This document shows positions 58,073-64,000 of a stretch of 64,000 nt of DNA, in pieces (position 1 is the first letter of the stretch; each line of letters begins with the position of its first letter). The notes below the pieces were generated by a model. It searched no databases. It was not told the DNA's origin and was given only the letters and a program-made list of their open reading frames with translations. The stretch is from a bacterium (GTDB taxonomy: Bacteria > Zhuqueibacterota > Zhuqueibacteria > Residuimicrobiales > Krinioviventaceae), in assembly GCA_963675755.2 (NCBI GenBank), contig CAXXMD010000003.1, positions 1,376,001 to 1,440,000 on the forward strand, read 5' to 3'. The position numbers were made by a program, and so were the translations under genes.

Positions 58073-58101
58073 TTGATATTCACTAACCCGGATTGTATAA
58101 T
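58073..58101 (+). promoter_or_regulatory. Candidate sigma-70 promoter
   Basis: TTGATA-N17-TATAAT, 75 nt upstream of 58177. Confidence 0.55.
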
Positions 58102-58176
58102 ATATAATATATGAAAAACAGCTCATAACCGGACATCCATTATTATGGATCGTTCCAGCTACAAAAGGGAAATCCC

Positions 58177-60150
58177 ATGAAACAGTTACTATTTGTTGTA
58201 TTTTCCGTCTTAATCATTACATTTTGTTCAAGCTGCAACCAAAATCCCAATTCCCTCAAAATAAATTATGCGCGTTCCGAAAACAGAGAGTCCTGGCGGC
58301 ATCATCCGGTACTGGGTGATCCTTCTTTTGATACTTTTGAGCACAATACGGAGAATCCGGTCTACACCGGGGTACCCGGACTGGAATGGCCGGTAAACGG
58401 ATTCCTGTTCGAGGACCCGGTGAGTAAAAACTGGTATATCTATGTCGGGAATTACTCCCAGGGATATGGAATGGGACCGGACAAAATACACCAGTGTACC
58501 ATCTTTCGATCAACAAATCGCGGTAAGAACTGGGAATTTTTGGGTCCCATCTTTACAAAAGAGCCCTTTTATTTTAATGGTGATATTATCCCCGTCAAAA
58601 ATGCGCCTGATGTTTCGGTTGTATATGATAACGGGCGATACCACATGGCTTATGACTGGGCCAGTGCTGACGCGGACTGGAAAACGATCAAAGACGGTAA
58701 ATCCGGGGCGGGTTATGCGTGGAGCGATAGCCCGGAGGGTCCCTTTCACCGCACTCCTGAACCGCTTATCCGTAACGGTCGGCAATTCAACAATCCGATA
58801 TACCAAAAATACGATCGCTTTTACGCGTCTACCCTCGTCCGGCGGCAACATGACTGGCTGCTGTTGACCATAATCGATTCGGGGCATTATTTTGCGTGGG
58901 GACTTGTGGGTTCTACTGCTAAAAATCCGGAAGGTCCTTACAGCGAACCGGTTCCCCTGTTTCATGTAGAGGGAAACACCTTTCAGCCTCCGTTAATGGA
59001 GTATTTCCCCTCCTTTGTTCATGACGGTTGGATCTATGCTCCATCTACTTCTGTTGCGAACAATCGAAATTATCAGATGATGCAGCGGGTGCCGATTGAA
59101 CAGGCAATGGACCCAAAGGCCTGGGAGCTCTGGCAGGCAGGATCAGTGTGGCACGCTCTGCCGGTACCCAATGAATACCACGGCATCTGGGGCCAGACCC
59201 TTACCGGCTTTGTAGATGAAAATAATACTTTTCAGGTCATGTTTCCCAGCCGCACAAAAGACAATCTTGGGACTATAAACATTGCATCCCGGCCCTGGGA
59301 GCAGCCCTATAACAAACAGGGTTTCACCCTCAGCAGTCACGAGGGTCCATCTCTCACCCTGATAAAAAAAGAATACCAAGATTTCAGACTCGAAACCTCC
59401 TTTACATTAACCGGCAGCGCGACATTTTTCTGGGCGCATACTGCACCTCTCGGTCCGAACAAACCGCAGAGCGGGGCCAATGTACATCCAATATCCATGA
59501 CCCGTTACAACGGATTCTCTCTTTCCGACAGCTCCTGGCAGGTTATCTCTGTGGATGAATTCGGGAATGCGCATCAAATCGCATCCGGACTGATCGATAA
59601 AAGAACAAAACATCAACTGGATATTGATCAAAAAGATGATCTTTTGAAAATAACTTTAGACAATACACTCCTATGGCAGAATAGCATGAAAAGCCAATCC
59701 GGGAAAATCGGGTTACTGCTCGATAAACACAGTAACCTGAAGGTAAACTCTTTTGAGGTGACCGGCAAGGCAAAACCAGGCGTGACTACCCTGCTCTATA
59801 CGGAAGGCTTGTTAGGTGCGGGACAATCTATGCATGATTGGGAAAATGACGAATCCCCGTATTTCAGGTACGACATAGGGGCCATCTCAAAAGCGGAGAA
59901 CCAGGGGCGCATCAAATGGAATTATCACGGCAGCGGGTTCACGCTCTGGTCTCCCAAAGGTCCGAAATTCGGCAGTGCGGAGGTCTTTTTTGACGGAGTA
60001 AAAAAGGGCACCGTTGATCTGTACGCACCATCGGGAACGACGTCGGCTCCGGTTTTTACGTTAAAAGATGTGCCGGTTGGGTATCATGCAATCGTTGTGG
60101 AAAGCAAATCCGGCCGGTTGGTTGTGGATTGTGTTGATGTGATGGATTGA
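58177..60150 (+). CDS. Exported 5-bladed beta-propeller glycosidase-like protein (GH43/32-like fold) with C-terminal jelly-roll domains
   Basis: Lipoprotein-like signal, Asp-box STNRGKNW, repeated S.SPEGP(F/Y) and a C-terminal G..FGSAEVFFDG...VDLY..G.H CBM-like motif. Confidence 0.7.
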   Translation: MKQLLFVVFSVLIITFCSSCNQNPNSLKINYARSENRESWRHHPVLGDPSFDTFEHNTENPVYTGVPGLEWPVNGFLFEDPVSKNWYIYVGNYSQGYGMGPDKIHQCTIFRSTNRGKNWEFLGPIFTKEPFYFNGDIIPVKNAPDVSVVYDNGRYHMAYDWASADADWKTIKDGKSGAGYAWSDSPEGPFHRTPEPLIRNGRQFNNPIYQKYDRFYASTLVRRQHDWLLLTIIDSGHYFAWGLVGSTAKNPEGPYSEPVPLFHVEGNTFQPPLMEYFPSFVHDGWIYAPSTSVANNRNYQMMQRVPIEQAMDPKAWELWQAGSVWHALPVPNEYHGIWGQTLTGFVDENNTFQVMFPSRTKDNLGTINIASRPWEQPYNKQGFTLSSHEGPSLTLIKKEYQDFRLETSFTLTGSATFFWAHTAPLGPNKPQSGANVHPISMTRYNGFSLSDSSWQVISVDEFGNAHQIASGLIDKRTKHQLDIDQKDDLLKITLDNTLLWQNSMKSQSGKIGLLLDKHSNLKVNSFEVTGKAKPGVTTLLYTEGLLGAGQSMHDWENDESPYFRYDIGAISKAENQGRIKWNYHGSGFTLWSPKGPKFGSAEVFFDGVKKGTVDLYAPSGTTSAPVFTLKDVPVGYHAIVVESKSGRLVVDCVDVMD

Positions 60151-60242
60151 GATTCATTTCACTAAAATAAAAAGTCCTGACTAAATACATCAGAGATTAA
60201 GATTATTAAAATCGGGGATTTTTAAAGCATTGAGGTAAAAAT

Positions 60243-61136
60243 ATGAAATTATCAAATCTCATAATATCTACCACTCTTTGTCTATTACTTTTCACATGTA
60301 CTACCGAAAAAAATCCATTATTACCACATGTGAATCAAGGAACCCAACATCTTGATTCTACAAAAGTATATGTTAAAGATGGGATATCTATTAATGTAAA
60401 TTCAATTAAATCTGTTTATAATCTGGACGATACACTAAAAGGTAATCTATCCTTGGTAAACGAGAATAATAACAATGGATTTGATATTCATATTGGAAGT
60501 TATCCCCCGCCAGGCGGATATTATATTATAGATGAAAATGGGGATAGTCTATATTTTAGTGCCAAAATGATAGGGGCAATGGTTTTACGAGAGAATTTAT
60601 TACCAGGTGATTCTTTAAATGTAAATATTAATTGGAACCAGTTAATTTCAATAGCTAACAATAACTCATCAGGATTAAAAATTTTTTCAGGGAATTACAA
60701 ACTACAGGGAAAATTCTGGGGTAATGATACTTTGAAAAATAAAAGTGTTATAAAATGGTTCGAGATAACCGAAGAAGGTGATCCGATATCAATTAAAGCC
60801 CATAGACACTATGAAGTACAAGATTCATTCAAAGTCTCATTAATCATCAGAAACAGAGTAAGCACCAGACAAATCTATACTGTTGAGAATCAGAATACTA
60901 TTGAAATACATTATATGCATTATGGTGAATTAATGTCTAGTCAATATGATGTATTGGAATTAGAGGGTGACAAGTTAGAATTTGATCCAAAATCGGATCA
61001 AACAATTTATACATATTCCATATCAAAACAGGATTCATCACTATCGAAATTAAAAGGGGCTTTTGATTTACATTTTATAATACGTTGTAAAGAAAGAAAC
61101 CTTGAAACAGCAATTGGTGGTATAAATATTTATTGA
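60243..61136 (+). CDS. AT-rich hypothetical lipoprotein with Ig-like (BsuPI-like) domains
   Basis: GAGG RBS, LLFTC lipobox and L.PGDS.....WNQ...SG.Y.L. Confidence 0.65.
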   Translation: MKLSNLIISTTLCLLLFTCTTEKNPLLPHVNQGTQHLDSTKVYVKDGISINVNSIKSVYNLDDTLKGNLSLVNENNNNGFDIHIGSYPPPGGYYIIDENGDSLYFSAKMIGAMVLRENLLPGDSLNVNINWNQLISIANNNSSGLKIFSGNYKLQGKFWGNDTLKNKSVIKWFEITEEGDPISIKAHRHYEVQDSFKVSLIIRNRVSTRQIYTVENQNTIEIHYMHYGELMSSQYDVLELEGDKLEFDPKSDQTIYTYSISKQDSSLSKLKGAFDLHFIIRCKERNLETAIGGINIY

Positions 61137-61155
61137 GTGATATAAATTTATATAA

Positions 61156-61564
61156 AAAATTAGACACAACTAAATATCCGTGACAATTTGTGTTATCCGT
61201 GGGCAATTTTCTCTTAATTCAAATCCTTATGGTAGTAGAAAATTCCATTTTTAAATGGAGACTTGCCCGGCTCCTCGGAGGTGCCGGGCAAGATAACTCC
61301 TATTTGCTAAAATCAGCCGGTTACTGAGTGCGAGTCCATTACAGCGGACGAGCGTATCGAAACACCGGCGACCTGATCGTGACAGAGATAATCTCTGTCA
61401 CGATCGTATTTGGAATTAACAATATTCATATAAATAATTAATTTGTAGAAATTTAGTCACAGTACAATATCTGTGACAATTCGTGTTATTCGTGGGCAAT
61501 ATTTTTTGTGCTTTGTGGGCAAGTATTTTGCAGCCCATCTGCCAACAGACGGACGGGCTGCAAA
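61156..61564. repeat. Mosaic cluster of REP-like palindromes
   Basis: A 35-bp direct repeat (61173-61207 / 61466-61500, 3 mismatches) encloses palindromes at 61262-61292, 61316-61372 and 61375-61405. A further hairpin lies at 61527-61564. Confidence 0.9.
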
Positions 61565-61569
61565 GCAAG

Positions 61570-62970
61570 TTATTCTAATCCCGGAACACCCGGTTGGGTG
61601 AGTTTTTCAGCGGTAAAGATCTTGTCGATTTGTTCTTTGGTGAGAATTTCGTCTTCTTCCACAACCTGCAAAATGGTTTTCCCCGTTTTAAGCGATTTCT
61701 TCATCACTTCCGCGGCTTGATCATACCCAATGATCACGTTCAGCACCGTAGCGAGTCCCAGCGTATTTTCGAAAAAGTGACGGGTCTGGTCCTCATTGAC
61801 TTTAATGCCCTTGACTGCTTTTTCCGTAAACGCGGTTACGGCATTGGTCAAGATCTCCATGGAGGTGAGTATATTGTGAATAATCACCGGCATCATTACA
61901 TTCAGCTCCAGCTGTCCGGCCTGTGCCGCCATGGTAACGGTAAAATCATTTCCAATAACCTGAAAACAGACCATATTCAGCATTTCCGCCATTACGGGAT
62001 TCACCTTGCCGGGCATAATAGAAGATCCGGGTTGAACGGCCGGAAGTACAATCTCGTTCATACCGGTATTGGGTCCCGAGCTGAGCAGCCTGAAATCGTT
62101 GGCAATGCGGGTCAGTTCCAACGCACAGGTTTTCAGCGATGCGGAAAACTGGGCAAAGGAGCGCATACTCTGCATGGACTCGAACAGGTTGGCGCTGGCA
62201 CTCAAGGGCGATCCCAGAAAAGCTGCCAATGCCATGGTCACCTGGTGCCGATAATTGGGATGCGTATTGAGACCCGAGCCGGCAGCACTGCCGCCAATTC
62301 CCAGTTCGCGCAGTTCGTCCGATGCGGATTTGACATGTCGAATACATCGGTTCACAGTGCGCGCGTACGCGGCAAATTCCTGTCCCAGGGTCACGGGTAC
62401 GGCATCCTGCAAATGGGTACGGCCGCTCTTTATCACATTCTTAAACTCGTTGGATTTTTGTCCCAGCTCCTCTCCCAGATCATATAATCCTTTGATCAAG
62501 ATGGGCAGGGAGCGGAGAATTGCCAAACGCATGGCGGTTGGAAACACATCGTTAGTAGACTGACCAAAATTAACATGATCATTGGGGTGCACCTTGGCGT
62601 ATTCACCTTTTTTTCCACCCAGCAGTTCTATTGCGCGGTTGGCAATCACTTCATTCGCGTTCATATGATGCGAGGTACCAGCGCCGGCCTGGTACACATC
62701 CACCACAAACTGCTCGTGATACTTGCCTTCCATCACTTCAATAGCGGCTTTTTCTATAGCGTTTCCCAATTCCGGCTTTAACAATCCCAGATCGGTGTTC
62801 ACCCTGGCAGCAGCGGCTTTAATCGCTGCCGTAGCCCAGATAAAATTGGGATGCGCGTGCAGCCCGCTAATGGGAAAATTGTCTACCGCTCGTTGTGTTT
62901 GCACTCCATAATACGCGTCAGCAGGGACCTCCACGGGCCCCAGTGAATCTTTTTCGGTACGGGTTTTCAT
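61570..62970 (-). CDS. aspA: Aspartate ammonia-lyase
   Basis: YYGVQTQRA..NF, QAGAGTS..MNANEV, QSTND, GRTHLQDA and GSSIMPGKVNP. GAGTS favours AspA over FumC (GSGT). Confidence 0.8.
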   Translation of the reverse strand: MKTRTEKDSLGPVEVPADAYYGVQTQRAVDNFPISGLHAHPNFIWATAAIKAAAARVNTDLGLLKPELGNAIEKAAIEVMEGKYHEQFVVDVYQAGAGTSHHMNANEVIANRAIELLGGKKGEYAKVHPNDHVNFGQSTNDVFPTAMRLAILRSLPILIKGLYDLGEELGQKSNEFKNVIKSGRTHLQDAVPVTLGQEFAAYARTVNRCIRHVKSASDELRELGIGGSAAGSGLNTHPNYRHQVTMALAAFLGSPLSASANLFESMQSMRSFAQFSASLKTCALELTRIANDFRLLSSGPNTGMNEIVLPAVQPGSSIMPGKVNPVMAEMLNMVCFQVIGNDFTVTMAAQAGQLELNVMMPVIIHNILTSMEILTNAVTAFTEKAVKGIKVNEDQTRHFFENTLGLATVLNVIIGYDQAAEVMKKSLKTGKTILQVVEEDEILTKEQIDKIFTAEKLTQPGVPGLE

Positions 62971-62979
62971 GTATCCCTC

Positions 62980-63999
62980 CTATTTGTCTTCCACCTGGTA
63001 ACCGGCATCCTGTACGGCGGTTACCAACTGGTCCCATGCTACCCCATTATCATGATAGACAACAACATTTTTGCTTTTCAGGTCCACTTTTACCTGTTCA
63101 ACGCCCTCTACACCTTCGAGCGCTTTTTGAACATGGCTGACACAATTGTTACAGGTCATATTGGGTACACTGAAATCGCTTTGTTTTTCTGCATGCGGCA
63201 TGGAAACATCCTCTTTTTGTTTATTAAAAAATCTACTGAATTTTAAATTGATATATACCAGCAATCCCACCAACAGAGCTGCTGAACCCAGCTCCAGCCA
63301 GTGCGGCAGCATTTGATGGTGCATATGCTCGGTAAAGGTATAACCCAACTGCCAGCGCGACCAGATAAAGTCAAGCAGCAGCCCCAGTCCCAAACTGGAC
63401 AAAATCAGGGTTACCAGATAAATGGCCGTGGTCTTTTTCCCCAGATACTGGCCAATCACCGTAATGGTTACAGCATTGGTTGCCGGACCCGCCAGCAGCA
63501 ATACAAACGCGGCACCGGGATTCAAGCCCTTCATCATCAATGCGGCGGCAATGGGTATTGAGCCCGTGGCACAAACATACAATGGTACGCTAAACGCCAG
63601 TACAATCAACATGGACTGCCAGGGAGCTGTAAATTTCTCCTGAAAGAAATCTGCCGGAATCAAATACGAGATCAAACCGCCAATTAAAATACCGATCATC
63701 AACCACTTGCCAATCTCGCTGAGCAGATCAATAAACGCGTATTTAAATACCCGTTTGGCTCGTCCGACAAATGAGAGCTTTTCAGGTGCAACCTCTTTAC
63801 CAGTACTGCCCATTGCCTGACCTTCTTCCGGACTCTCCAGCAGGTTCGCCGTCAATCCGGAAAAGATACCGGCGAAAAAACTGGCAATAACCCGGTACAC
63901 GGCAAACACTGGTCCCAGCAAGGAGTAGGTGGCAAATATAGAATCCACTCCTGTTGTGGGTGTGGCGATGAGAAAAGACAATACCGATCCTCTGCTAGC
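62980..63999 (-). CDS. SO_0444/ArsP-like metal permease with C-terminal HMA domain, 5'-truncated
   Basis: The frame is open to the window edge (ASRGSVLSFLIATP..GVDS), with PLYVCATGSIP, AGPATN, a His patch HMHH and HMA MTCNNC. Confidence 0.9.
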   Translation of the reverse strand, partial: ASRGSVLSFLIATPTTGVDSIFATYSLLGPVFAVYRVIASFFAGIFSGLTANLLESPEEGQAMGSTGKEVAPEKLSFVGRAKRVFKYAFIDLLSEIGKWLMIGILIGGLISYLIPADFFQEKFTAPWQSMLIVLAFSVPLYVCATGSIPIAAALMMKGLNPGAAFVLLLAGPATNAVTITVIGQYLGKKTTAIYLVTLILSSLGLGLLLDFIWSRWQLGYTFTEHMHHQMLPHWLELGSAALLVGLLVYINLKFSRFFNKQKEDVSMPHAEKQSDFSVPNMTCNNCVSHVQKALEGVEGVEQVKVDLKSKNVVVYHDNGVAWDQLVTAVQDAGYQVEDK

Positions 64000-64000
64000 A

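Noticed and set aside
61594-62487. Long antisense ORFs (also 7926..8447, 20852..21544, 29004..29426, 37020..37586, 49529..50080, 54441..54980)
   Set aside because: They lie opposite well-supported genes and have no recognisable motifs, so they are best explained as shadow ORFs.
61570-62970. Class II fumarase fumC
   Set aside because: GAGTS rather than GSGT favours aspartase, although the two families are close and this is not definitive.

Overview
This is a 64-kb bacterial chromosomal window of moderate to low GC with about 45 supportable CDS. I recognise no rRNA, tRNA, CRISPR array, transposase or integrase. Five proteins carry T9SS/FlgD-Ig-type C-terminal sorting domains, and there is a PorV-family barrel, an Omp85 paralogue, sulfatase/DUF1080 genes and Tat substrates. 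Together these suggest an FCB-group heterotroph such as KSB1 or Calditrichota (inference only). Housekeeping and metabolic genes include a tryptophanase/tyrosine phenol-lyase family enzyme, anmK, hisN, rlmD, a TrmH-family methylase, aspA and a selenocysteine-containing selD whose 5' end the ORF track misses. The most notable observations are: (1) a putative operon encoding a helical-repeat protein, an NHL propeller, a 1142-aa barrel with SprA-like motifs and an Omp85 protein, which is a candidate uncharacterised outer-membrane export/assembly module; (2) a DUF11-repeat cargo coupled to a PorV-barrel/FN3/CARDB/double-OmpA fusion; (3) a modular family of intergenic palindromes in six loci, which twice brackets genes as direct repeats and shows one compensatory base change; (4) a sensor-less sigma-54 activator beside an exported deiminase-parvulin fusion with a candidate sigma-54 promoter and enhancer sites; (5) an exo-beta-glucosaminidase/RifK-like aminotransferase/dehydrogenase operon facing a Na+/solute symporter. 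All protein family calls come from motif recognition by eye, not database searches.
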